From Lytechinus pictus (taxonomy: Eukaryota): a stretch of DNA of 60,000 nt. Every line of letters starts with the position of its first letter. The stretch's first letter is position 1. The position numbers and the translations under genes are program-made. A model generated the notes under the pieces. That model ran no database searches. It saw only the letters and a program-made list of their open reading frames with translations, and had not been told where the DNA came from. The stretch covers positions 8,868,001 to 8,928,000 of the forward strand of contig NC_087246.1 of assembly GCF_037042905.1 (NCBI RefSeq), read 5' to 3'. This document shows, in pieces, positions 22,301 to 34,015 of the stretch.

Positions 22301-24644
22301 GTCCTCTTGTCACGACCTCAAAGCTGATGACGTTACATTTGCCAGAGCACTGCTATCCGAGTGTGCACCATATTATACATCTGGAGCTTTGTCCGCCGAT
22401 TGTGGATCGGGCGCTGACTGCCCAGAGGTGCCATTGAACTGTACAACTTTCAACGCCATTTACGTCATGCTGTTTGCAAACTCACCGAGTGACTTTTCAT
22501 TCCAGGTTGCTGAGACGGGAGACCTTTCACTAACCAATTCCTTACAGATTGTTTCGTTAAACTCATCGTTTAGTAATGGACCGCGCATGCTTTATAATGA
22601 CGCAGCAGACAGACGCTACGTGGACAATGGTATTACTAAAATTGAGGCAATCGGTACCAACAGAGTCACTAAATATTTTCTCATATCAGAACCACTAATG
22701 CAGGATCTAATATACGCCGCGATAGGTGGTGCGGTCGTACTCCTGATAATGTGGTTGTATTTAAGTTCATTTTTCATTGCCATTATGGTGATCTTTGAAA
22801 TAATATTTTCTGTGTTATTGGCATACTTTTTATACTTTGTCGTATTCCGCCTTACTTTCTTTGCATTTGGAAACATGCTTGCTATTATTCTAATATTAGG
22901 GGTAGGAGCAGATGATGCATTCATCTTCTACGACATATTTGAAAATTTAAGGAGAAAGCACCCGGATGCTACACAAGAGTTCATTTTAGACAAAACAATG
23001 AAGCATGCCTTTCCTACCATGTTTGTCACAAGTTTTACCACAGCATCTGCTTTATTTGTCAATGTTACCAGCTCCGTAACAAATATTCGCCTCTATGGCA
23101 TTTATGCAGGGACAGTGGTGTTGTGCAATTTTTTGTTTACATTGACTTGGTCTCCAGCTGCTGTCATCATCTATGATAGGCATCTAAGGCTGCTTTTCCA
23201 GGCATCATCGACCAGTAAGGAAACAGGTTTCCATAAAATTAGAAACATTTGGCATAAACTGCGGGCATTCTTTCGGCGTATCTTTGAAGTATACCTCCCG
23301 GCGCTTGCATTCAAACTTCGTTTTCTTTGGATTCTTATGTTCACTTGTATTTCAATTGGAGCACTCCTTGTTGTATTCTGGCGGCCCCAGCTTAGAGTAC
23401 CGACTTCAAACACAGAATTCCAAATCTTCACATTGAAGCACCCACTTGAGAGGTATGACCAGTTGTTTAGATCAACATTCGATATCGAGAGAGCTAAATT
23501 GGCGCCTTTACAGTTCATTGTCGTCTGGGGCATTGTTCCGATTGACAATGGAGATCCTTTTGATCCTACGAGACGCGGTTACGTTCAACTTGATAAATCA
23601 TTCAGTCTTGATGACCCCGAATCCCAAGTCTGGTTACTTAATTTCTGCTCGGAGGTTCGACAGCAAAGTTTTTATAGCTCACCATCTGTTGTCTACGAAG
23701 ACTGTTTCATTGAGAAGATGAAGGTTTTTATGGAAACGCCATGTGTACCCTCAAGTATTGGTACTGACTTCTCACCCTGCTGTAGTCAAACTTCTTTTCC
23801 ATATTCCGCGGACTTACTGAAATTGTGCGCTCCAAAATACGCAGCGTTCGTCTGCGAATCAATAGGTGGCGGCTGTCCTGCAGCTCTTCCTGGTCTCCGA
23901 TTCGACTCAGAAAACAACATCAATGCATTTTTTGTCCAGTTCCAGAGCACAACTTTGTCGCAACTGGAATTCGATCCTGCGAAGGACTACTTCGATACAG
24001 CTCTTGCTTGGGTAGAAGAAAAGGTTAAAACTGCTCCTGGTGGTTTACAAAGTGGATGGTTTGGAACACATAGTCTTGCACAACCATTTTATGTTGATCT
24101 CATCATTAACCTGTTACAAGATACGCCTCTTGCAATTGGTTTATCATTGATCATTGCAATGGCAGTATTGCTCATCACCAACAGAAATGTTCTAATTGCA
24201 TTTTACGCTACACTGTCAATCGGTGGTGCTGTTATTACATCGGTGGCAATCTTTGTCTTGATTGGGTGGGATCTTAGTGTGTTTGAGTCAGCGTTGATTA
24301 TCCTAACTGTTGGCCTTGCTACCGATTTCACCATCCATTACGGGGTTGCCTACCGTCTGGCGCCACACAATGACAGGAAGAACCGTGCCCAATACTCTTT
24401 ATCAAATCTAGCTTCTGCGAACACCATGGCAGCCTTGTCCAGTTTCTTAGTAGGAGCACTTATATTACCAGCCAATGTCTTGATTTTCTATCAACTTGGT
24501 ATCGCTCTAGAAGTTGCCATCGCCGTAAGCTGGGCATTTGGGACCCTTTTCTTCATACCACTATGTTACGTAGCAGGACCCCAGGGAACTTGCTGTCTAA
24601 TCAGTTGTTGCTGTCGAAAATCACGTGAAAACAACCAACAGTAA
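19001..24644 (+). CDS. Disp: Dispatched-family (Patched/RND, sterol-sensing domain) multi-pass membrane protein; exons 19001-19124, 20921-21125, 22090-24644
   Basis: GT-AG junctions are phase compatible (0, 1). TM1 is followed by PTFDDASS|GIEARGT, a variant of the Dispatched GFEPRGT motif. There are Cys-rich ectodomains (CCPSWSIPNYI), GVGADD in TM4, TSFTTA, HPLERYD, VVWGI...DNGDPFDP and GLATDFTIHYGVAY in TM10. Stop codon TAA at 24642-24644. Confidence 0.9.
19370..20390. repeat. Two diverged copies of a ~190-bp repeat in inverted orientation (about 19370-19540 and 20190-20390), flanked by (CA)n/(TA)n microsatellites
   Basis: TTGAAAAGATGCTA...GAGGATATTACCAAAT is the reverse complement of ATTTGGTAATATCCTC...TAGCATCTTTTCAA. 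Confidence 0.8.
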
Positions 24645-25008
24645 TAACTTGAAAATAATGATAGTCAAATATATTTTTTCAAAATGTAGCAGCAGCCTTG
24701 AAAAGGTGAGAGAAAAAATATTTTTGTATCAAGAAAAGTAACAAAATAATATTATTCGAGCTTTTTTAATAATTTCGACATTTGAAAAAAAAGGTAAATA
24801 CTTGTTAAATCAAACTGAACAGAACGAAGAGAATGAGTGTAAAATTTGAAACTGGTTATACATGTATGTTATGCAAAAATAGTAATTTAACATTAAAAAC
24901 TAAATCTTCTTTGAAGATTCGCCCTTAACCCTTTGTACGCTGAATTAACTATGGGGAGATGATTATAACAATTGTATTTATGATATTTTCTTTGAATCTA
25001 GAATTCGA

Positions 25009-25111
25009 CAGGGACCTATCCACGGAGGATTAGTCTATTGTTACTGGGGGTGCTGAGCATTGTCACAGCACCCCCGGTAACAATAGATAATCCTCCGTGG
25101 ATAGGTCCATG
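25009..25111. mobile_element. 103-bp palindromic MITE with an 8-bp TSD (hAT- or P-like)
   Basis: CAGGGACCTATCCACGGAGGATTA...TAATCCTCCGTGGATAGGTCCATG, with GAATTCGA duplicated at 25001-25008 and 25112-25119. Confidence 0.9.
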
Positions 25112-25172
25112 GAATTCGACATTGCATCACTCATATTGATACCTATAGAACTATGATCATTCACGACCTTAA

Positions 25173-25627
25173 AGGTGAAGTTCAACTTGAAGAAAAGTCT
25201 GTTGTAACAATAATAGAAAAAATAAAAAAGAATAATGGTGAAGGTTTGAGGAAAATCCATTATTAGAACTTTGAGTTTTGAATTTGTGACGTCATGAACG
25301 AGCAGCTGCCCCATACAAAATACATACATTTCGATTTCTTAATGGTTCGTGGTGACTATTGACCTGATGACGTGTGAAATGGTTCGTCTATTGAAGGTAG
25401 GCCCCTACAGTAAAAACAATTTTCTATTTTCTGAGAAAATGACATTTTATTGATTTTTTTCCGATATGCAGGAAAGCTGCTCGCATATGACGTCACAAAT
25501 CAAATGATTAAAATTCTAATAACTCTTTTTATTTATTGATGGACTTTTCTAAAACCTCCGGCAATATTTTTTATTATTTTTTCTGCTATTTTTACTCACA
25601 AAAAAAATGTCAGGGTGAACTTCCCCT
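25173..25627. mobile_element. Non-autonomous TTAA-flanked element (Kolobok-like)
   Basis: TTAA|AGGTGAAGTTCAACTTGA...TCAGGGTGAACTTCCCCT|TTGA, with long imperfect TIRs. Confidence 0.65.
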
Positions 25628-28117
25628 TTGATTAGCATATCATGGGTTAAAGAAAAATTCCACCCCAACAAAAGGTTAATTGTAAAAAAAATAAAACAAA
25701 TTGGATGTCAAATCAGAAAATTATAACATTTTAAAATTTAGCTCAATTACAAAAAACATTAATGTGCAATCATGCATATCATGGTCGGTATGCGGATGAG
25801 ATGATAGATGACGTCAACCCACTCACTGTTTCTTTTGTAATGTATTATACCAAGAAATATGAAATATATTTTATTTTCTCCTCATTAATATGTTTGTAAT
25901 CGAGTGTGATTTCTCCCTGAGTGTGTGAAATTGGCATTGTTTTAACCTATATACTGCGGTTTGATGAAAAGTCTCTTAAAGAAATCAAATGTGGAATAAA
26001 TTGAATTTTCTATATACTTTTACTGTAAGGTTTGCCATGTTTGCTATGAAGGAATACTGTTTATTTCATACTAAATATGCATCATCAGCCACCGCGACTA
26101 ACGTAGACGCTAATCTGTCATCGCAATATTTATGATCAGAAGGGAGATATGCAAAGGCCTTTAATCCAATCATGTGTCCCAATATAACAATCATGAAATA
26201 CTGAATTCTATATTTTTTTCATGGCATTTTTAACCTCAATACCTCTTATCATGCATAGCCGTATATGAAAAGAAGAACTGTGTGGGTGACTGAAGAACAG
26301 AAAATATGCGAAATGGAATTTACATCATATGCTTTTTAGATAAAGTGGATTTACGGCTTTAGACCGTGACTAGATTTTCGATCTTTTTCAAGAGCTATCT
26401 TCATTTATTTTTTTCGGACGAATAAATAAATCAATGACCATGATGGCTATTGGGTTTGAACGTAGTGCGTACAAGCTGTGTGCATTATTACTCTCTTATT
26501 TTCTTAGGTCAAACAAACATGTTAACGTATAACAAAATCTTAGTTTCAAGCAGAAAACCTCTTGCACAACATAAAACCTTAAAATATCGTAGTGCAAATA
26601 TTCAATTGCAATATGCAGGTGCGATGGTTGCCAGGCATGTTATAGCAAGTGAAATATTTTACATGATTTGAATTGTCTGTCTTCATTAGATGTGAAATTC
26701 TCCAGTCTGGTAGTCTTTAGTTTTATCCATTTATTTATTGTTGATAGTCAATAAGTCTTGTTGTGCAATGAATTACGCAATTAAGTAGTGAGCAACCTCT
26801 TGAGATCGAATAACTTTTAAGGCAAGCATGAAACTTTGCTGCAGTATAAAATTAATTTTTAAAAATTCTTCCAAAATTAAGTTCTCAATGTAGACAAAGT
26901 AGCATATTATGCAGAAGTGCTAATTGAATCTTTTTACAATCTATTTTCAAACCTATCTTCCTTTGCCTGTTCTCCTCATTTTGTTTTGCGTTTTCCTTTT
27001 CTGCGTCCCCTGAAAGTGAGGCCCGGGCACGTCCCCCCCCCCCCCCTTGATACCCCACTGATCGTTTGTATTAAAAAATGAGAAATTCATAAGAGCTACA
27101 ACCATTTAACATAATGGCGTACATCACGATATTCTTTGTGAACATCATTAAGGGAATGTATACGAGGAATTCAAGCTACAGATTCTATTAGAAACGCATT
27201 TTTAAATCACAAGGATCTTGTAGATAATTTTGATATTGTTTAGCCATTTCTGGAGAAAGAAGACGACCATCCTCTCCCCTACAGCGTACGACGCTGCTAG
27301 ATATCAAATAATACTGTGAAAATTTAGAATCTTTATGGATGCAATAGAGGCAAATAGGAGAGACGAAGGGTGTCTGGAAAACGAAGACCGAAGACCGAAG
27401 ACCGGGGACTCATATCACACTCGTGTGAAAGCGTTTGTAGTTCACGCCCGAAGTGTGTACAAAGCAGTGCAAAGTGTATACAAAACACGTGCGCGGGTTA
27501 GAATGGACTTTGGACCTTGCCCCGACACATGTTCTCCCATTGACAATGCACGGGTCCCCGGTCTTCGATCTTCGTTTTCCAAACCCGTTGTTGGGTGTCT
27601 GGAAAACGAAGACCGAAGACCGGGGATCGCATTCGTTTAGCTAAGATACCACTTATAAATGTCATTATGAAGGCCTCTATTATTCAGCTCAAATTCAAGA
27701 ATATTCTGATCTAGAATACATTAATGTCATTAATTGGCTGATAATGAAGTCATGTTAATTGCTTGTGTCAATAATTAGTATAGTTAGACCAGTTGAAGCG
27801 GGATAGGTCTCCCAGTTTACACCACTATATTCCACTGAGTAAAGTAACAACCTCCAGTAATCAATCAGACCAGTTTCAAATTTCCAGTTAAAGCTTTTAA
27901 CTCTAGACCAGTAATTTCAGACCAGTTTAATTCTTAACTGGTCCAGTAAAGTGAACTCGACCAGTTAGACCAGTATGCCGTTTTTCCATTTTCCAGAATT
28001 ACATTCTGTGAACTGGTTTTTCCTTCTTAATTGGCTGACATTAATTTGCAATTTTACTATACCATTGACATAACGCATGTCCCCGGTCTTCGGTCTTCGT
28101 TTTCCAAACCTGTTGTT

Positions 28118-29340
28118 GGGTGTCTGGAAAACGAAGACAGAAGACCGGGGATCGCGTCAATTCGTCTAGCTAAGATAGGCCTATAATATTCAGCACCAGT
28201 TCAAGAATATTCTGATCTTGGATACGTCATCAGCTATGATTGGCTGCTGATAAGTTATGGTTATTTGTGTGAATATCATTATCAGCTAGGGCATGATATT
28301 AAGGATAACGTACATATTTCACCCACGGAATTCAGCCATTGCAATTCTGAAAACTGTCATAAAACTGAAAACTTGCATACAATACACCTCATACTGCGCA
28401 ATCACGTACAAGCAGACTCAACTCAACTGGCGTTTGCAGTGCAACTATATTTTACTACCATTGACATTACGCATGTCCCCGGTCTTCGGTCTTCGTTTTC
28501 CAAACCTGTTGTTGGGTGTCTGGAAAACGAAGACAGAAGACCGGGGATTGCGTATTCGTCTAGCTAAGATAGGCCTATAATATTCAGCACCAGTTCAAGA
28601 ATATTCTGATCTTGGATACGTCATCAGCTATGATTGGCTGTGGATAAGTCATGGTTATTTGTCTGAATATCGTTATCAGCTAGGGCATGATATTAAGGAT
28701 AACGTACATATTTCACCCACGGAATTCAGCCATTGCAATTCCGAAAACTGTCATAAAACTGAAAACTTGCATACAATACACCTCATACTGCGCAATCACG
28801 TATTTATGCAGACTCAACTCAACTGGCGTTTGCAACTATTTTACTACCATTGACATTACGCATGTCCCCGGTCTTCGGTCTTCGTTTTCCAAACCTGTTG
28901 TTGGGTGTCTGGAAAACGAAGACAGAAGACCGGGGATTGCGTATTCGTCTAGCTAAGATAGGCCTATAATATTCAGCTCCAGTTTAAGAATATTCTGATC
29001 TTGGATACGTCATCAGCTATGATTGGCTGCGGATAAGTTATGGTTATTTGTGTGAATATCGTTATCAGCTAGGGCATGATATTAAGGATAACGTACATAT
29101 TTCACCCACGGAATTCAGCCATTGCAATTCTGAAAACTGTCATGAAACTGAAAACTTGCATACAATACACCCCATACTGCGCAATCACGTACAAGCAGAC
29201 TGAACTCAACTGGCGTTTGCAACTATTTTACTACCATTGACATTACGCATGTCCCCGGTCTTCGGTCTTCGTTTTCCAAACCTGTTGTTGGGTGTCTGGA
29301 AAACGAAGACAGAAGACCGGGGATTTCATTCGTCAAGCTT
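28118..29340 (+). repeat. ~390-bp tandem modules in the left arm (3 full units)
   Basis: Units are delimited by a 70-bp palindrome at about 28081, 28477, 28867 and 29253. Confidence 0.9.
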
Positions 29341-29535
29341 ATTTCCACATATAGCGCGCTATGGACACGTTTCCGTGCAATTGTACTTCGTTTTTTTCAT
29401 GCTGGCTGATAAACAGACCTTAAAACAACCGATATACGTGGATACAATATTCCATGAAATTGTCATATCGTTTTTAAAGAAAACAAATTTTCAAACTGAA
29501 AAAATGCATGCAATTAATAGATGCTTACATAGAAT

Positions 29536-30778
29536 CAGGGGCGTATAGCAGCGTTCGGTGGCCAGGGGAGGGGGGGGGGGGGACGAGAGCCAGAAAATTC
29601 CCGGTCATTATCATCAGTGGCGTAATTAAGAAAAACGGGAAAAAGATAAAAGGGAGGGAGAAAGAAAGAAAGGGAAATGGGGAAGGAAATGGGAAAAGGA
29701 AAGGGAAAATTGAAAAGAAAACGAAGAAAAAAACTTTTTTTGGAATGGAAAAGAAAGGAAAGCGGGAAAATATACGAAAGAAGAACATTTGAGAAAGAAC
29801 ACATCATTCCGAAATAGGCCTATGTAATGCAATAGCACGGTGGGAAATAATTTAAAAGATAACAAAAAGGTATGAAGAGCGGGAAACGAAGGTAGAACGT
29901 AATTAATCAAAAGCTAAATTGGAAAAAAATACAAGGGAAAAAGGGACAAGAAAAAAATAATAACACGACCGGGCTGCCGATGATTGAAAAGAGCGGGAAG
30001 AAAGATGGTCTGCATACAACATTGTGTTATAAGCTTGCTAGATTTTATGCAAATAAGCTACCGGGCCTTTGTCCCAGACCCCACGCAGTATGGGCTCTTC
30101 AGCATTTATAACCTTCAAATGGCTATATACCTACCCCCGTTCAACAATGTTCAATCAATGGCATACAGGCGGGGGGGGGGGGGTGTTCCACACCCAAGAG
30201 GGAAAAAAAGAAATTATAGGAGACAAAGTATAATGAAATGAATGGACAATGAAATGTGTTATTTGCTGAATATAATGGAAAATATATCACATAATTAGAA
30301 TTTAATTTCAATAGGCAATTTTTTTCCAGCTCGCTTTGCACGCTAGCGACTTTTTACAATTTTTTTCCCACGTTGGTATGCTTTGCCCTATAAATATTTG
30401 GTTCATTACGCAACTGGGTTGAATAAATGTGTTGTGTAAAAGCTATAGTCTATGTAGAATGCGATTTGATTAAAATAGCGGCAATCTGCGAGGTTTAAAT
30501 GGCTTTGATATCAAGAAGTTTTCAGGGGGCTCCGCCCCGGACCCCAACCGCAAATCACTGCGTATGGAAGTGTTGGGCCATGGGCCCAAAAAGTTGTACA
30601 AACACAAACACAAAAAAAGCAGAGGAAAAGTGTAGGATATGATTTTATTTACTGATTATAATGTCAAAAAATAGCTCAAAGTTAGATTCTCATGAAAAGG
30701 TGATTTTTTTCTCGCTCGCTTCGCTCGGGACTTATATAAAACAGCTTTCTTTAGCACATGTGGTATACTCCACCCCTG

Positions 30779-30809
<31 letters not shown>

Positions 30810-31138
30810 CTTCACGTTACAGCCGCAAAGAATCCTGTTCACAGTGCGCGTATACAGACGACAAAAAAGGAATCCAAAGAGAGAAGAGTGAAATATCATT
30901 CTCTGGACATCATGTCAAAATCTATCACAAAATTGGATTTTTGTATTAAAAAGGTCAACATTTTTGCTCGCTCGCATTTTTTTAGAGATAAATTCTGTCC
31001 GATGCACAATATCTGGCCTTCTCAAAATAGTGTCGGCTCATTACGCCTGTTTATACCATATAATGTGACCAGGAAATATTTGGCTCTTGCCCGCCCCCCC
31101 CCCCCTGCCCCTGGCCACCGACCCCTGTTACGCCGCTG
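29536..31138. mobile_element. Nested non-autonomous DNA element (CAGGGGCGTA-type TIR)
   Basis: CAGGGGCGTATAGCAGCGTTCGGTGGCCAGGGG...CCCCTGGCCACCGACCCCTGTTACGCCGCTG. Flanks CATAGAAT/CATATCAT match at 6 of 8 positions. It contains a further CAGTGGCGTAAT...ATTACGCAACTG segment (about 29615-30416). Confidence 0.65.
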
Positions 31139-31352
31139 CATATCATGGTGTGAAGAGCGGTCTGTCCCCTGGATAGGAACATCGGCAGTGGTTGGGCGAT
31201 ATCTTGAAGTTCACTAATTTGTGTCCCCTTATGATTGCGGCTAGTTGCGTACGTGAAATCAAAATAGGCTATTATATACACGTCATACCCACACACCAGC
31301 CGAGTCTTTCTTACCGTTCTTTATTTTCAACCTCGGTATCCCGGTTGTGTTC

Positions 31353-32661
31353 CAGTGGCGTAGCTAGGATTTTTTTCCTGGGGGGCACTGGGGGTCCTTG
31401 CTTTGAGTCAGGGGGGCACCATTTTTATCCGGTGTGTACTTGTCACAAGGGCCCGAAATTATCTTCACTTATATTTTTCCCGATCAGTCACTTCTTCGTT
31501 ATATTCTTATAAAACAGCATAAACATGAAATAATCTCATAAGCATTATAAAAAGTGCGAGCGCGAAGCGCGAGCGATTTTTTTTTATTTGTTACTTTCAT
31601 GTAATATTCTGGGCAATGTTATGTGTGATCCCGATCAAGATTCGTATGTAACTAGATGGTTACTGCGAACGCCAAGCGCGAGCAGAAATTTTTATTAACT
31701 GTTCTAGCATTATCGAAAAGGGACCTGTTAAGTGCACTTATATAGGTACCCACGAAGATGGTATATATTTCAATAATGCAATTTTTTGACATTCCGACCT
31801 AAAAGAATGGTAATTCTAAGCACTTTTTGTATCAATAAATGGGATAGGTATGTAACGAAACAATGGATGCGAGCGCGAAGCGCGAGAGGAAAAAATTGAG
31901 ATTTTAGACCTAAAAGCGGGACACTATTCATATTTTGTAAATCATAAATAGGATATAGTTAATTGGGTATCATTAATTATGCTATCGTAAAGCGCGAGCA
32001 GACAATTATTTATATTCTGATGTGAAACTGGATAATTCAAGTAGATTTTAAATAAAGAACATGCATGCTATCGCGCATGTTTTAGATTTAGACCTAGAAT
32101 CTGGGCATTCTGAATATATTTCTTTAATGGATTATTATGGAATACATGTAGACAATAGGAACTTGGCAAATCAAACAATGTGACCACGCAGCGTGAGCTT
32201 TAAAAAAAAATGGTGATATGTAGACAATAAAACGGACATTTTACAGAGCACTTAAATTTGTAAATGAAAAAAATATTGAAAGCTCGATGTCCGAGCTAAT
32301 TATGTTTTGTATAATGACTTCAAAACTTGCTCCATATCAGCCTATTGAGCAAGATATAAATCTCATCGAACAGTCAATTCTGGCGCGAAGCGCAAGCAAA
32401 GATTTTTTATAGTAACATGAAAGAATTGTTTCTTTTTTGGCAAGTCTTCCCCTCACATTATTTAATTCATTCGTCTCCCTCCTCTTATTTTCCTCTTCTT
32501 TTTTCTTCTGTCTTTCTTCTTCTTTTTCTTTTCTTCTTTCTCCCTTTTTTTTTGCTCTACCAATTTTTTTCCAGGCGGGGCACCTGATGGGGGCACACCA
32601 AATCTCAGGGGGGGGGGCTCCCAGCCCCCCCCCCCCCCCCCCGTAGCTACGCCACTAGCTG
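31353..32661. mobile_element. Nested non-autonomous DNA element (CAGTGGCGTAGCTA TIR, 8-bp TSD)
   Basis: TTGTGTTC|CAGTGGCGTAGCTA...TAGCTACGCCACTAGCTG|TTGTGTTC, with an internal repeated GCGAGCGCGAAGCGCGAG motif. Confidence 0.75.
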
Positions 32662-33328
32662 TTGTGTTCTTAATTTCTTTCTTTCCCCCTCTTGTTTTTT
32701 CTGTTTTCTATTCCGATTTCATGTTAGCATTTTCGCATCCCGTTTATTTTGGCCTCTCTTCCTTCCCTTTCCCGCCTAAAATTTCCGTTCCACTTTGCCA
32801 TCTCTTTATTTCTAACCCCTTTCTCACTTGTTTATTAGTAGGCCCTATTTCAGGATGATTAGATTTGTTTGATCATTCCAATTATTGGCCCTTTTCCTTT
32901 CTCCTTTCTTCCTTCTCTTTCTCATTGTTTGTCTCGCCCGCAAGAGGTGAAGGCGAGACTAAGAGATCCAAATGTCGTCCGCCCGTCGATTCCCAAAGAG
33001 GGTAAGCCGATTCTGCGGTGCAAGATAGACCAAAAGCCAATTCTGCATCGGCTTTTGGTTCTGAACCAAAAGCCGATGCACGTGTAAACAGGGTAATTTT
33101 CTTCCAAACGCGTACTGAATTGTTGCTCTCGAAATGTACGCGTGGGAACGTCTCGGGTTTAACCGCAAAGTAGTATACAAGCGACGCACTTGTGTTTCAT
33201 GTGCGCCGACCGTATAGAAAACATCGCATACCGGCAACAGCATTCTACAAAGGCACGCTTGCCACCTGTCTTAGGTCGATGACATTGCTTTCTATTACAA
33301 TTAGGTTTATTTTATACGGAGCCTTTAA

Positions 33329-33907
33329 AGGGATGGTCCGGGCTGAAAGCATGTATAGCTTAATGAATAGAGTAAAATTCACTGAGCAAAATACCGAAAA
33401 TTTCATCAAAATCGGATAACAAAGTTATTGAATTTTAAAATTTAGCAATATTTTGTGAATACAGTCGTCATGAATATTCATTAGGTTGGCTGATGATGTC
33501 ACATCTCCACTTGTTCTTTTGTATTTTATTATATGAAATTAGGTTTATTCAAATGTTTTCATCCAAGAACAAAAAAGTAGAAAAATTGGATTGGCAACTG
33601 ATTTAGTGCATTAAATATTTATTGCTGCAACTTATTTCATTATAAGGGAGACATATTATTAGCACAAATATGAAATAATGTAAAAATTATGATTATATAT
33701 AATAACATAGGGAAACGGAGAGTGGAGATGTGACATCATCAGCTCACCTAATGAATATTCACGACGACTGTTTTAACAATATATTGCTAAACTTTAAACT
33801 TCAATAACTGTTTACTTGTTATCCGATTGATGAAATTTTCGGCACATTGCTCAGTGAATTCTACTCTATGTATTAAGATATAAATATTTTCAGCCAGGAC
33901 CATCCCT
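33329..33907. mobile_element. Nested Kolobok-like MITE with long TIRs
   Basis: TTAA|AGGGATGGTCCGGGCTGAAA...TTTCAGCCAGGACCATCCCT, with about 180-bp imperfect inverted arms. A related copy lies at about 58940-59480. Confidence 0.75.
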
Positions 33908-34015
33908 TATTTTACATGTTTTAATTGCCATCGACTTGGCGAGAAACTTAATTATGCCATGTCGACATAATGTCGACATGGCGAGATACGTTATCTCGCC
34001 ATGTCGACATAATTA

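Noticed and set aside
22616..24028. Antisense and alternate-frame ORFs within the Dispatched exon
   Set aside because: Shadow ORFs of the real coding frame with no independent support.
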